A DNA stretch of 64,000 bases from Podarcis vaucheri (Eukaryota), in NCBI GenBank assembly GCA_965113315.1, contig OZ220365.1; one strand, given 5' to 3'. Positions 43,701 through 58,601 of this stretch are shown in pieces (positions within the stretch are counted from its first letter, which is position 1; each line of letters begins with the position of its first letter). The notes beneath the pieces were generated by a model. It was not told where the DNA came from. It did not search any database and saw only the letters and a list, made by a program, of their open reading frames with translations. Position numbers and translations under genes: made by a program.

Positions 43701-46700
43701 TTGCTTTATTTGCTGTGTTAAGTGTGCATCCCGTAGTTTATCTCCTTTGTAATGTTTTTTTCTGACATCTTTAAGATAATATTTTAGTTTCCTATTAATC
43801 ATGTTGCTTTGAATGTATACTTTATATTTGACTTTCTTCAGTAATGTTTTATTCTGGATTGTTTTATTTAATACTTAAATGTGCTGTAAACTGCACTGAG
43901 GTTTTTCCCTAAAAATATGAGGCTGTATAGAAATGAAATGGGGAAAAATATTAAAGATCTGCCTTTTGACTTGCTGAGTGGCCACAAGTGTTCTCCAACT
44001 AAGGCTGGTCCAAGATGTTACCAAATATCATGACAGGGAAAGGCTGTGGATGGCTGGTAACCTCACTGTTGTGGCGTCTATGCCTTGCTCTCTGTATAAT
44101 ATCTACTCTCAAACACAGGAAATTCTATGTCCATATGGTGCATCAGTGAAGCCAAAAAGGAGGACTGAAACCCATTCCTAACTCATATGGGTGTAGAGTC
44201 AGGGAACACAGCTAGGGCTCTTAAACAGGGCAAACAGAGACCAGAGAAAAGTAAAGGTAAGAAAAGAAGAAAGAATCTGCAAAGCTCTTCAGGTGTAATT
44301 AACTGCAACTAAAAACAAAGGGCTTCAAAATTTGGAATACTTATATCATATTAGATCTGAAATGAAAATGGGAGGGACAATTTATTATCATATCATAGAG
44401 TGCAGTCATAAATTTATATCATCACATTCAAAAGAGAAGCCAAGTTAATGGCTGAGGCTGAATGAGCAGACTTCCATTCACACACCGTGACTTCCCCTTC
44501 TTCTCTTCTCCCCTGCAGCCTTCCTGCTTCTAACATCTTCTCTGCAGTGTCCCCATAAGACCCTGTTGGGTACAACCTACGGAATGCTATGAAACTGAAG
44601 GTGTTCGACTCAAGAGTTGAGAAGCCAACATGGGCAGAATATGCATTAAACTTAAAACTGAGTTTTAGGCTCACATTTTTAGAGCATCTGGGAAAGTTTA
44701 CTTTCAATTTCAAATTTAAAAGCAGTGAATTTGTGCTAATTTCGTTAATTTGTTTAGCTGCAGCGGGGACTGAATCCTGCTTTTTTTTTTTTTTACTACC
44801 TACATGATGTCAATTCCACCTGGTGTAATGCTGGACGAAGTCTGTTCCTTGCTAGATGAGGAGTCAGTGATACATTCTGGCTCAGAGACAGAGTCGCTGC
44901 TGCTGGGCTCACTGTCTGGGGAAAGGTTTCTCTGAGAGGCAGAAGAAGCTGCTGCAGACGGGAGGTCTCCTTCACTGAAGGCATCACTTATGAACATGCC
45001 CTCATGCGCCAGATACACCAGTTCTGCGTCTATGGTACTGTCCTTTGCAGAGTTCTTCTGAGCAGAAGTATCACCCAGTTCCTTGCTCCTCTGGTTCTTG
45101 TCTAGAATCAAGAGAACCACTCTTCTGATAACATTTAGTGTTGCCTAAGATAAAATAAGTGCTGGTTAAAAAAATTGAGACAGTGCTGAATTCCTTGAAG
45201 AGTACATCTTTTAGCAAGAATGTTTCTATTTTAAATACTGCAAAATCTGAACACAACAGAATGATTCATATCCACTATGTTTACATCATTTATGCTGCCC
45301 CATAACATCTTCTGTCACTTGCTAAATGCAATAATCATGGTGGTTCATATGAATTCTGCAAAAAGTGACTGGCAGACTTTTAAAGCTAAGGCCAATAAAT
45401 TTATGCCACTTACGCCATTAGGCCATTTCCCCAAATATTTTTCTAAAAGGATAAAACATGAAACATTAATAATGATAGTGTTATCTTTCAGGGCTTGATC
45501 TAAGGTACGGTATCAATTTCAGAGTTCTAGAATTATCAGCACGTAGAGAGATTTAATTGATGAAGAAATTCACAATATTTTCCCACACCACAGTGTTGAA
45601 TCTAGTTTTGTTACACTGTAGAGCTAGGGATGGAAGGAAACAGTGATTTCCGCACCACCCTGTGTTCCTCACAATCAGCACCGTTTCTTGTTCTACTGCA
45701 GTTTAGCTTCTCCTAAAATCTACATTATTCATCTCGCTATCTGCTATGTCTGAAACTAGTGTAGTTAATTGCGTAATTAACGCCAATAAATTCCAATGGA
45801 AGGGAGACATAAAAAAATGTAGAAAATAATGCAATCATGTAATATTCGCACAGTAAAAAGATTGTGAATACAGCTTATACAGTCATACCTCGGGTTACAG
45901 CCGCTTCAGGTTGTGTTTTTTTGGGTTGCGGACTGCCAAAACCCGGAAGCACCGGAACTGGTTACTTCCGGGTTTTGGCGGTCGCGCATACGTAGAAGCG
46001 CTAAATCGTGCTTTGCACATATGCAGAAGTGCCAAATTGCAACCCACGTGTGCGGAGATGTGGGTTGCGAACGCTGCAGGTTGCGAACGTGCATCCCGCA
46101 CGGATCATGTTCACAACCCGAGTGTCCACTGTATTTCCTTGTATGATTTCCATTCCTGACCTCAGAGGAACATGTGAATTGTGGTAATTTTCACTTCCAT
46201 TTCCAGCTGTACAAATAAATTATAATGCCATACAAGGATACAATTCATTCAGAAGTGTACTGTTAATCTAACAAAGGAGGGTAAAAATTAACACTCAGCT
46301 GAAGCAATACCTCTGGGTAACTCATAGGCAGGAGCCTTAAGGCTTGATCTCTCAATTTAAAATGTGATTCTCCTAAGAGGCCCCAGGATGTCAGCGATTC
46401 AGCTTTGAAGAACAATTAACCTGCCAAAGGGATTATGCTCTGAGCAAGGGGCAGTGAAGTATTGCCTGAGATTCAGCCTGCCTGCTTTTGGATAATGGCA
46501 GAGGACTCTCCAAGGCCTTTCATGAAAACTCACTCAGCTGATGCAAGAGACCCAAGTCCAAATGTATCAAAATTCAATGGGTTTAATAACAATATAAAGT
46601 CTATAAAGTACACTTCTTACCTTAATTCTCTTGAGAAATAAAATAAAATTAGAAAATATATCTTTCAGTAGATCAAACCACTGTGGAAAATTCATCATCC

Positions 46701-49700
46701 TCATTTGATCTGCAAGTCTATGAAGAATACCATATAACAATAATTACAATTTCATTTAAACTCAGTTTAACTCTCATCCTGTAAGGTGGCCTTGGGTATG
46801 TCCTTGCCAGTTCTGTCTACAGCTTCTCAGGCTCAGCTTCCTATCTCTAAAAAGGTATATTAAGGTCTACCTCACAGTGCTATTATTATGGTGAATGATA
46901 CAAAGACTAACAGTATACCTCGGGGGGGGGGAATGCATTAATAAAAATGATGAAGAAGATCAACATTAAATTATGTTTACATAATTTCTGTAGCAAAATT
47001 TGTATTCTGAGGTTTCAGAAACTGAAGACTTTCAGGAACTTTGCAGATAATTCTGTAGTACATGTAAAGCTAAAGGGACCCCTGACCATTAGGTCCAGTC
47101 GCGGACGACTCTGGGGTTGCGGCACTCATCTCGCTTTATTGGCTGAGGGAGCCAGCATACAGCATACAGTCATGTGGCCAGCATGACTAAGCAGCTTCTG
47201 GCAAACCAGAGCAGCGCACGGAAACACGGTTTACATTCCCACTGGAGCTATTTATCTACTTGCACTTCGTGCTTTTGAACTGCTAGGTTGGCAGGAGCTG
47301 GGACCGAGCAACCGGAGCTCACCCCGTTGCGGGGATTAAATCATGGTTTATCCTGATGAGTATAAGCAGCAGGTGGTCTCAGCTCCCACACTTCACCCTC
47401 CCCTCTCCTCCAGGAGGAGATTTAAAGCTTTCACTTCTATTTTTTGATTAACTGGAGTTTATCATTACATCTGAACCCTAAACAGAAGCTAATCTTAACT
47501 ATGGTTTGTTGAAACAAGTCAGTTTCACAGCTTGATGCTTGAGTTCACTTCTTTCAACAAACCATTCTTAAGACTGGACTTCTGAACTGTACATAGTTTG
47601 AACTCAATAAAACCTGTAAAAGACAAGTTGGAGCCCTGGCTGTTTACTTGTGAGCAACCGCCTACAGACCTGACAGCGTGTTTTTAACATTTTGTTGGGA
47701 ACTGCCCAGAGTGGCTGGGGCTACCTAGCCAGAAGGGTTGCAAGTAAGTAAGTTCATTATTATTATTTATGCTTAGTAGCTGCTAGACATGTCATAATTT
47801 GATCACTTGTACTATATGTTTATAAAATTAAATTGGTCTTCCCGCCAACTAAATCTTTGTCATTTTTGAAAGGTAATATCACAAATTTTTATAGTCTCTT
47901 ATTTAGTATACCTAAAATCCTTTCCTTATTAGGCGCTACCCCACATTTTCTTTTTAAAAAATCATTTGTACAGGAAACTACCATGGAGTTATCAACATTT
48001 TCAAAAGTAGGGGGTTCATGGCTTGGCTTTTGAAAAATAGGGGGTCCTCAGTAACTAGCTAATTGGGAACCACTGATGTATAGTATTGCAGCCTTAACAT
48101 AAGTTTTTCAAAATTCATTCTCTCTCTCTCTATGATGACCAGAGGAAAAGGAGATAAAGCTTTGCACCTTTAATGCCATGTAGGAGAGAGAATTTCAGAA
48201 AGTGTATCTTGCGTGACCTGCCATTTTCACCTCTGCTGTTTGCACATGATCAACACATGCACTCTTTCAAAGTTATGGGAATTATGCTAAAAGCACAGAT
48301 GCCAAAAAGAAGTAAAAAGCATGTGGACAAAATTGGTAGGCAATTCACGGATAGAGAAGCAAATGGTAAATCTAGTTCATAGCAACTCAAAGCTTTATAC
48401 TTACTTAACAACCACATCTGTGTCTATTTCTTCTATTTGTGACACTGTATTAACCACACACTGCAAAGATGTAAGAAAAATATGTCTTAGAATTAAATTT
48501 GGAAAGCTTTCTACCCCTGAATCAGACACTTCCTGATTATCCTAATATTCAGAGCTGAAATAATAAAAACTTCACAATGGAAAATGAAATTGGACCACAC
48601 ATGCATTAGGCAAGTCTGCTCACAGATCACCTTATTCAGCTTTATTTTCCTCCTGCTAATTATTGTGATGTGTGAAGAATGATGCAGGAAACTGAAGTCC
48701 AGGTTTAAGGACTGAAGCCCAGGCCACTGAAAATGTTCACTCAATCCTGCCTATGGTTTCCAAATACCTTTTTAAAACATTTGATAAGTTGTCCTGAATG
48801 GGTAAGTTTTGTACCCTTCAAACATTATTCTGAGTGCCTATTCATACATTACTATGAGAGCACTGTATGTTACACATTCACATTTTAAGTGTAATTCATG
48901 TGTGTCGCATTCATTTTAAGTGTATGTGTAAAAATCTTATGTGTACAGTAAAAAAGGAAAGATAATGAAACCCTGAAATGCACCAAGTATTGCCTACAGT
49001 AGGGGTAGACAACCTAAGGACCGTGGGCAGGATCCGGCCCAATCGCCTTCTCAATCCGGCCCGCAGGTGGTCCGGAAACCAGCGTGTTTTTACATGAGAA
49101 GAATGTGTGCTTTTATTTAAAATGCATTTCTGGGTTATTTGTGGGGCATTTCCCCCCACCCCACCAAAAAATATAGTCCGGCCCACCACATGGTCTGAGG
49201 GACGGTGGACCAGGCCACAGCTGGAAAAGGTTGCTGACCCCTGGCCTATAGCCTTTCAAAGCTTCTCCTTCTTTGCTTCATTTCTAGTTTATGCTAAGCC
49301 TGAAAAGACTGTCCAAAATAAGCCAGTGTGCTTAGTACCCAAAGAATATAAAATCTTTTCAATACTAGGATGAAGATGATGTCTCTTTTCCCAAAACAGC
49401 ACAGAAGATTCAAGGAAGATTGGGCAGAGCTAAACTAAAGAGGAGAGCAATAAATGGCAGGTGCGGGAAGCCCAATCCAGATTGGGATAGATGCAACGGT
49501 GGTATTTTAGAGCAGCCTTCCTCACCTTGGGTCCCCCAAAGCTGTTGGATGACAGCTCCCATCATCCCCAGTCAGAAGGCCAGTGGTCAGCGATTATGGT
49601 ACTCCATTATTTACAGCTTATAAAAAATACATCTATTTTTAAAATCTAGATTATTGTTGCAAACAACAATCAATAAGCAAAACATATGATAAATCAACAA

Positions 49701-52700
49701 AGTATATCTATTCTTTGGGCTTTGTATAACTCATGATAGAGAAAGAAAACCGGTTTAGATACCTGGAAATATCAGAAGACCTGAAGACATACATAAAACC
49801 AGTGCTTTTTTTCTGGGGGGACGAATACCCCTAAACATTTTGTGAAACTATGTACTTTTTTCCATTTCCTGTATTTATTTTTCCCAATTTGAACTATAAA
49901 ATGGTGATTTTCTTGAATCAAAATGAGAGTACCCCTAAATTTTTCTTTTTAGAAAAAAGCACAAAAAAACACAAAACATTTAACTACAATATATGTGAAA
50001 GGTAAATATCCCTCAAAAATAAATTACCTGTTTAATTATATTTTTTGCCGTTACAATAATTTCATCTCCATATATTTCAAAAAAATTCAATTTCCTTTGT
50101 TTTAGAAGTCCAAACACTAAAGATACAAGCCTTTCCTATTTAGAAAAAAAAACAAGAATAAAGATCACATGTGAAAGAAAGGTAATCAGAACTCAAATGG
50201 CAGATTAGAACCTAACTAGTGCAGATAAATTAACATGCTAAATAGCAAATCTGTTGGAAAGTACAATAGGAGTTAGTCTCTGTACTATTAAGGTCAAGGT
50301 TTGATTCTGGCCCGGCAGAAATTATTGGCTGCTGTAGAAGCCATGTGCTACAGATGTATACTTTGCATTCATCCCCACATACTACACACAGAAGCTAGTT
50401 CTGCTAAGGACAATACAAGGTACGTATTTGTGCCTTCCATGAATGAAGGAGTGGACAGGTGGTATGCATTATGACACAGCTGAGAAATAAAAAAGAATTG
50501 AATGGGAAATGCCAAAATTAATGCTTTCAAATCACTGAGAGGATTCAAGATGTGTTGGTGAAAATTCATTTTGTAGAGGAGAAGTGAATGGAATAGGCAT
50601 TGACAGCAGTGTGTTCTGTTCTATGTCCTGAGAGGTAATTAGACCGCAAAAAGCCTTCTAAATGGGGAGTACTGTACCTCTTCCAGAATCTGGCATTCTT
50701 CTTCCAGAGGTCTATTTAAGTCACTGTGAGCATAGGTAGAAAACTCTGCAATCATCATTTTATCTATGAGTTTTTCTAATTCACATAGCTGTGATCCAAG
50801 ATGCCTGTTGAAGAAAAAAATGTGTGAAAAAGTTAAAATAATTATGGGAGGGAGCATGAAAGTGCCATTATCTAAATATCAGGAAAATATGGGGATGTAT
50901 AACTATCATCTGGGTAATTTCTACACAATAAATAAAGGACACTGAATACAGTTTATTTACGTTATGTCTTCCTTTGCAGCAAAAGAAAAAAAAAACACTT
51001 TTAAATTCCACTGTGACATTAATGTCAGACATCTCCATGAAAAGAGAACAATTTGCAATAAAATATGCATTCTAATTACACACTTCGTGAATAACCAAAG
51101 ACTCTGGAGAATTCAGCAGTCATGGGAGATGTTGACAGGTCCTCTTAGGGATCAGTAGCTGGCTAAAAAACAGGAAATAGAGGGCAAGAGTAAACTGACT
51201 TCTAACAGTGGAGGTATGCATGGAGTAATGCTTCCCCAAAGATATTTATTGAGGTGAGAGCTATCTATTTTTTTCAATAAAGAGATGGAGTCAGAAGGGG
51301 CAGTGAGAAGACCAAGTTTGTAGACTGCAAGGAGATCTAAAAGGATTTCTAAAATCTGGGCAAATGGAAAACAAAAAGGTAAATAAGAACCAACGCATGG
51401 AGAACAAATCTAAAGGGGCACAATTATAAGTCCAGCAAGAGAGCATCACGGGAATAAAAAAACTGAGCTCCATTCAATGACTATTAGAAAAGCGCTTAAC
51501 ACCCTGACACAAATCTAAGGGAAAGAAACATCTGGAGCACTAGACTGATTTCTGTTCGACGTATCTCAAAAAGGATGACTATCTTCACTCTAAGAAAGGC
51601 TTAGAAACAGGGTTTCTCAAACACCTGAACCCTGGATGAGCTTATGAAGTTCTCATTGACCCAGTGTAAATGAATAAAGTGAGGAAAAACACCTATAGAC
51701 AATTTTTTTAGCAGCAAAGCAGCACAGTCTGAGAATATGGTTGTATTGTGGAATCATCTTGTTCAATACAGAGGTTCCTCACTGGCAAGGGATGCTCACT
51801 CTGCGCATGACATGCCCTTTTCTGCAAGCTTCTTTTCCACCCCTAATTCATTTTGAGCCATAGGTCTTTATTCACTCCTTGCACAGCCCCATCAAGCCCA
51901 GGAGTCATTATCAGCCACTTTGGGAAACCCTGGACTAAAATATAAAGGACCTTTTAGTCTAGAAAACAAGATGTTTTTGGAGGGAGGAGTGTGACAGTGC
52001 TTTATTAAATTATGGATGGTGTGGAGGAAAATAAACAAAGACAACTTTCCACCTTCTCTCATAATACTAGGTGACCTGTACTCAACCATTGATCTTGATT
52101 GGCCTATATTTAGGACAGAGAGGAAGGGCAGTCTGAATACCCTTTACTTTTGCATTTATGTGGTGTACAACTATTAATGTAAATAAGAATTCGCACTATA
52201 TCAAGGATACTTTTAGGGCCTTTTAAAAAACCTGACTAATTACATTCTCACTGGACACTAATATACTGTAATATAATTAACAATATAGTAAATTAGTTCA
52301 ACTCAATAACATATATAAAGATACCACTTATAGGTGGTATGCAGCCAAGCTTTACTCACTTAGTCGTATCCATTAATTTCAACAGCTCTACTCTGAGTTA
52401 AATTTAGTTGAATACCAACTTAGATCTGCATGAACTAGATATCCCTTGAAACTGATCATAATAATTTTATATGTGATTACGAATTTCTACTGGAATGTCA
52501 AATGTCACCTACCGGAAGCTGTGAATGCCCTGGAGCTCCTGCTGTAGCACCTCTTGTGTTGTTGCTATCAAGTCTAACGCTCCAACAAATTCAGAAGTAG
52601 ACAGCAATAGTTGGACAGTAGGTTGTGTTTGGTGCACTGTTGCCATTAACTTCAGTTTATTATATGCTTTTATACAGTTATTTCTAGTCAATGATAATCT

Positions 52701-54797
52701 TAAAACTTTAAGAGATCCTTCACACATTACTTTATCAATTTGGCCTATTTTATCTCGAAGCATTTTTACAGCCTGGGAGGTTTTCCTGAGGTAGTCTTGC
52801 AGCTCATGCTGGGAGGTCATGGCATGAAAAAATGCTTCTGAGCGGAGAGATATTTGATGAGCGATGTTTACTTCCACGATATCCAGATAGTGGCTCAGCT
52901 TAAGGGGAGAAAGAGAAATCAATATTGTAACGTTTGTGCTCTTAATCTACCACAATCAGTGTCACAATACCAGACATTTAACTCAAGTAAAATGGGCACG
53001 CTGCCTTTACAAATCACACATGCACATACCCAGGAACACAGACCATATTTAATGAATACTGGATCTAAAATTAAACAAAGAAAAACAAGGAAAAAAGTAC
53101 TGTATTTTTCACTCTATAGGACGCACTTTTTCCCCTTCAAAAATGAAAGGGAAATGTGTGTGCGTCCTATGGAGCGAAGACCCCATAGCCCCGCGACCCT
53201 CTGCTGGCTGAAGAGGTGACGCGCGGCTATGGCAGGAGCCTCTACAGCCCTGCGTCACCTCTCCAGCCGGGAGAGCGCGCAACTATGGCAGGAGCCTCTC
53301 CGCTGCGCCTTTCCGCTGCTCCCTGACCTGCTCTTTGGGGCTGGTGGTGGGCTTCCCCCCGCCAGCCCCAAAGAGCAGGTCGAAAGGAACCTGAAGCCTG
53401 GAGAGCGAGAGGGGTCAGTGCACACCGACCCCTCTCGCTCTCCAGGCTTCCAACGCAGCCGCCTGAACGCACCTTAAACGGCACCTTGTTTTAGAGGGGG
53501 GAAACAAGAGGGGGAAAGTTCTCCCCCTCTCTGCGCAGCGCCTCCTGCCGCTTCACTGAAGGGGCGCTGGGCAGAGAGGGGGAGAATATTTTTTCTGGTT
53601 CTCCCCCCTCTAAAACAAAGTGCGTCCTATTGTCCGGTGCATCCTATGGTGCGAAAAATACGGTATACAGCATGACACTGGAGGTGTATTTCAATCTTCT
53701 TGAACGTTTAAGAACAGGCTTGAAAGCTGCCATTCTTCAAGGAGGAAAGTTTCAAAATGAGACTTCAGCATGAACTGGCTAAGTTGGAATTAATTTGCAG
53801 ATTTGATACTTTCAGATCAATAATGACTGGAAGTGTCTTGTGCACCACAATATTATCTTCCATTAAAAGTTCATATACCCTATTTAACAAGTTTGAGTAA
53901 TGAATACCCACTTTCCTGTTAAGATATTGTAGAATCATAGAGTTGGAAGGGACCCCAAGGATCATGTAGTCTAACTCCCTGCAATGTAGGAATCCTAACT
54001 GAAGCATCCAGGACAGACTTCTGCTTAAAAACCTTCAAGGAAGGAGACTCTACCACCTTCCCAGGGAGGCCATTCCACAGGTGAACAGCTCAGTTCACTT
54101 ATATCATGCTCACTTACACGCTAAATTGTAATATGGCATTCTTAATTTTCTGCACTGCCTTCTGGTCTCACTATGTAATAAGAACTTCTCGCTGTCACCC
54201 ACCATTCTTTGGGCTGCACTCAATTATATCTCTGATGTGCATCAGACTATTTCCCACGGCAAAACTGGTGTGGGTTTTCTACTGCTGAACAAAGACGGCT
54301 TCCCCATTTTTGCTCCTTTATTGACACAAAGTTATTCCCACTCAGTTGTTCGTTTTTGCCTCCTACCTATGCTTCATGTAAGCTTTCAAATTTAAATGTA
54401 TTTTCAGGTGTCTGACATGTTAATCCACCTCAATGTGCGTTCAGTGCCTTTTTAGAAAGCAACAATCTTTTTTTCAAACACCTCCTTTTTTTCACTGGAG
54501 GCAGGAAGAGTCTTCAGAATCTACGACCATCCAATCCACACTCTGCCCAGCTGGCTTCTCTTTGAAACAGAAAGAATCTGGGCTCAATTAGCGCTGATAG
54601 TCAACTGATATAGTGGTTACGGAGTCAGACAAGGATTATGGAGACTTTGTTCAAATTTTCACTCTGACATCAGACTCGCTGACTAACCAACTTCATAAGG
54701 TTAGATAAGGTGAAGATAAATGGGAGGAAGGCAGAATCACAAGTCCCACCTTGAGCCTTTTTGAGGAAAGGCAGGATAGAGATGGAATAAACATACA

Positions 54798-54832
<35 letters not shown>

Positions 54833-56411
54833 ATTGTGCATCCATCCTAAATGGGGTAACGGCAGATTAAGAGCCTTTGATATCAGAAATGATATCAGTA
54901 TCAAGCAAGGATCAAGCAACACTTCAAATGTTGATAAAGTGGCTTGCCTTAAATGCTTATGCCACAATCCATTTTTAGGGTTTAATGTTCTTAACCTTCC
55001 AACAGAAACAACCAACAGTCCTTTATAATATCTATATATTATAGAGTGGCTGGGGCAACCCAGTCAGATGGGCAGGCTACAAACAAACAAACATTTTATT
55101 CTGAAAGAGCTCAACCAGAATTACACAAGCCAAGAAAATATGCACAGTTAGCACCTTAATAAAGAAACTTCCATCGCACTGATCAAATACCTGCTATGGA
55201 AACAGTTTCTTCAGTGCTTTTTTTCTAGAAAAATAGGTGCTGGTACTCACCATGAAGTTGTTACAGTAAATGTCAGTGTTTTTTAACAACAACAAAAAGA
55301 GGTGCTGGTTCTATGTCCCCTTGAGTACCCCCTGGGGGAGAAAAGCACAGAGTTTATTTACCTTTTCTTGAAGCAACTTTGAGGAAGCGGCATCACGATT
55401 TCCTTTGCCTCCAGTAGTATTAAAATGAGACCAAGGTAATACTGCATTAAATGTTAGGGGATCTTCCAAGGCAAAATCTGGTTTTAAAAAAATCTGAAAA
55501 AAGAAGTCAATCACATCTCATTACCACACATCACTAATGTTCCCACCTTTACCTGTATAGTGCAGACCTCCATTCCTCAACCTTGTGGACTAAGGAGGAA
55601 AGAAGGGGAGATCACACAACTCTGAAGCTTGCTGTAGTACATTATTGCATTGGGCCTATGTATGTGTGAAATATGTTGGGATTATTGCAGCAAAGGACAA
55701 AAATAAAATAAAATGTGACTATAGTGTTAGTGTGAATAGTTAATCTTCAGAATCTAGCAAAAGAAACAACTTCAAAAAGAGGAAGATTGGTGAAAACAAC
55801 TGGAAATGATGCCTTTTGATAAGTTGCCTAAATTCTGCATACATTGTCACATATAAGAGTAGGATAAGCTATGCTAAAATATGTATCTCTATTCTGTACA
55901 CCACCCTGAGACCTGCGAGTATAGAGCGGTATATAAATTCAATAAATAATACATACAGCCCAAATAAATTAATAAGCAAAAGAAACGAGCAAAGCATTTC
56001 TTCTTACAGGTATGAAAATCTCCATCATACCTTAGGTACTTGCTCCAGATCTGTCCTGGATTTATCTAAAAATAAAATGCCGCAACAAATAGAAGATTCA
56101 AATTACATATTTTCACAGTAAACTCCAGTTGCTCATTCATTTTCAATTTTATGAAACATACAGGCCCTTATTAAACTTTGGAATGTTTCTGGATTTGGTT
56201 TCAGATTGAATATACACAAGTAAGAAAAATCTGAACTCAGTCATTTTAGATAAACAGAAGAAAATATTATTAAAGCAAATATTCTCCTTTGTAGATTGAA
56301 GAACCATCTCAGCAGGCAGTGGAGAGGCAGGTAGTCACCTCTTTCACTCTCTAGCCATTGGAGAGAGTGGTATGAAATTATGCATGGCATAGAGAAAGTG
56401 AATACAGAAAT

Positions 56412-56460
<49 letters not shown>

Positions 56461-58550
56461 TACTAGAATTTGGGGACATTAAATGAAGCTGAATTTTTGA
56501 AGATTCAGGGCAGACAATTTGAAATATTTCAGTCTGCTAGATGTTGTATTTTCATTACCCAAGTATTGGGTGAAATTAGAAATTCTAATTGCTGTCTTCA
56601 CTGTAATTTATCTTTGCTTGCTTTATGGTGAAGCTGTTGTTTTGTTCATTTATTTGCCCTATTTTTCTATACTCTGTCATTTCTGTATATTGTTATCTTT
56701 TTCCTGCATATTTTATGACTGCCTTACTTCATTGTTCCCTGCTCAGGGACTCAAATTATCCAATGAAGAGTGAAATTCTGGACATACGGCAGCCCTAGTA
56801 AATTAAAGAGAATGACTAAGCAGCTACAAGAAAACCTGTAACCTACCATGAGTATGTAACAGTGTCCTATCAAAAGTATCTTTAGCAGGGCAAATGGTCT
56901 TGCATCTCTCATGAATCTTTTCTCTCTACAAAAGGTAAAGAAAATTCCGGGTTTGAAACATTTTTTCCCCACAGCACATTATTTAAGTTTCCTATGCAAA
57001 ATGAAAATTGACTGACAAATTAAATCTATTATAATGCAATGGTGTAATTCAGGACTGCATTGGATTTGGATTTGATATCCCGCCTTTCACTCCCCTTCAG
57101 GAGTCTCAAAGCGGCTCACATTCTCCTTTCCCTTCCTCCCCCACAACAAACCCTCTGTGAGGTGAGTGGGGCTGAGAGACTTCAGAGAAGTGTGACTGGC
57201 CCAAGGTCACCCAGCAGCTGCAGGTGGAGGAGCGGAGACGCGAACCCGGTTACCCAGATTACATGACTACCGCTCTTAACCACTACACCACACTGGCTCT
57301 CATATTAATAAAATATATTAAAGATTAAATATATATATAGGCCAATTTTTCTTATACCTTTAACTAAAGCTGACATCCTATGCGTGCATACCTGGGAATA
57401 AAGCCTACAATAGCCTTTATTTCTGAGTAGCCATGCATAGGACTGGGCTATCCTCTGAAGCAGACTTCCCCAACCTTAGGTCCACATATGCTGTTGGACT
57501 GCAACCCCCATCATCTCCATGGTTGGGACATATCGTCCCAAAGCACCTGAGGGCCTAAGGCTTCTTTGTAAGGTTTAGCACTAAAGTACTCTTCAGGCCT
57601 TCATCCTGAACATGCAAGGGTAGGCGGGGGGGAGGGGGGAGTGCAGGGGACTGGTGTCCATGTGTCCCACAACTTTTGTGTGTACAGCAGCACCAACCCT
57701 CCACTCTCCATCTTAGTGTGAAGGGGTCTTCTATGCAAATTCAACTGGACAGACTTAGAAGCCTCCCCATGCTCAGGAACTCTGGATTATTGGTTTCCTA
57801 CTGCAAGGAAGCTTCCAAATTCATTCAGTCAAATGCATCTTGAAGTCCTCTTCAGACCTTGCTGCTCAAACTGAGAAGGGCTAGGTAGAGTGTGTGCAGA
57901 CACATTCAGAGTAGAGTAGAGTAACTGTTCCAAACTTTCAGCCTTTGTGCACAGAGAGATTGCACTTCTTTCATCACACTGCTTAAAAATAGGAAAAACT
58001 GTTTAAATGAACAAGTTGTGTTTCTTCTCTAAGCAGATGGATTCTTTTAAAAAATGTTCATATACAACTGTGTGTGTGCAACAAGTGTAAAAATTTCCAT
58101 TAAGTGTGGGCCACTTCAGATGTAACAGGAAACCACAGTTTTGTGTAGCTAAACTATGGTTTGCTTGTACATCCTCATGGTTTTCTATGAGGCTAACAAA
58201 ACAGGATCTGAAACACTAGCTCAAAGCTGGCTTTGGTTGACAAGTTAGCATTAACTTAAAAAAAAATTGTTTAGCATGAACTGTGCTCATCCTCTGGTCT
58301 GGCAGCAGATTCCTTTTCCCGCTCACCTCCTCACTATCAGTCCCTCACCAACCAGGCAATTTAGGTCCTAAGCCAGCTTGCAAGAAGAAAAATAAACAGT
58401 GAAAGAACTTAAAGAGACAAATTCATTTTTATCATCTTCTGTGAGGTAGCAAATTAAACTGCACAGAATATGCAAAAAAAGTCAGTCAGCATTCCATGGC
58501 CACTGAGCAGACTCAATCCTCATTAGGCTGTTCTGAGGCACTATGGTGTT

Positions 58551-58601
<51 letters not shown>

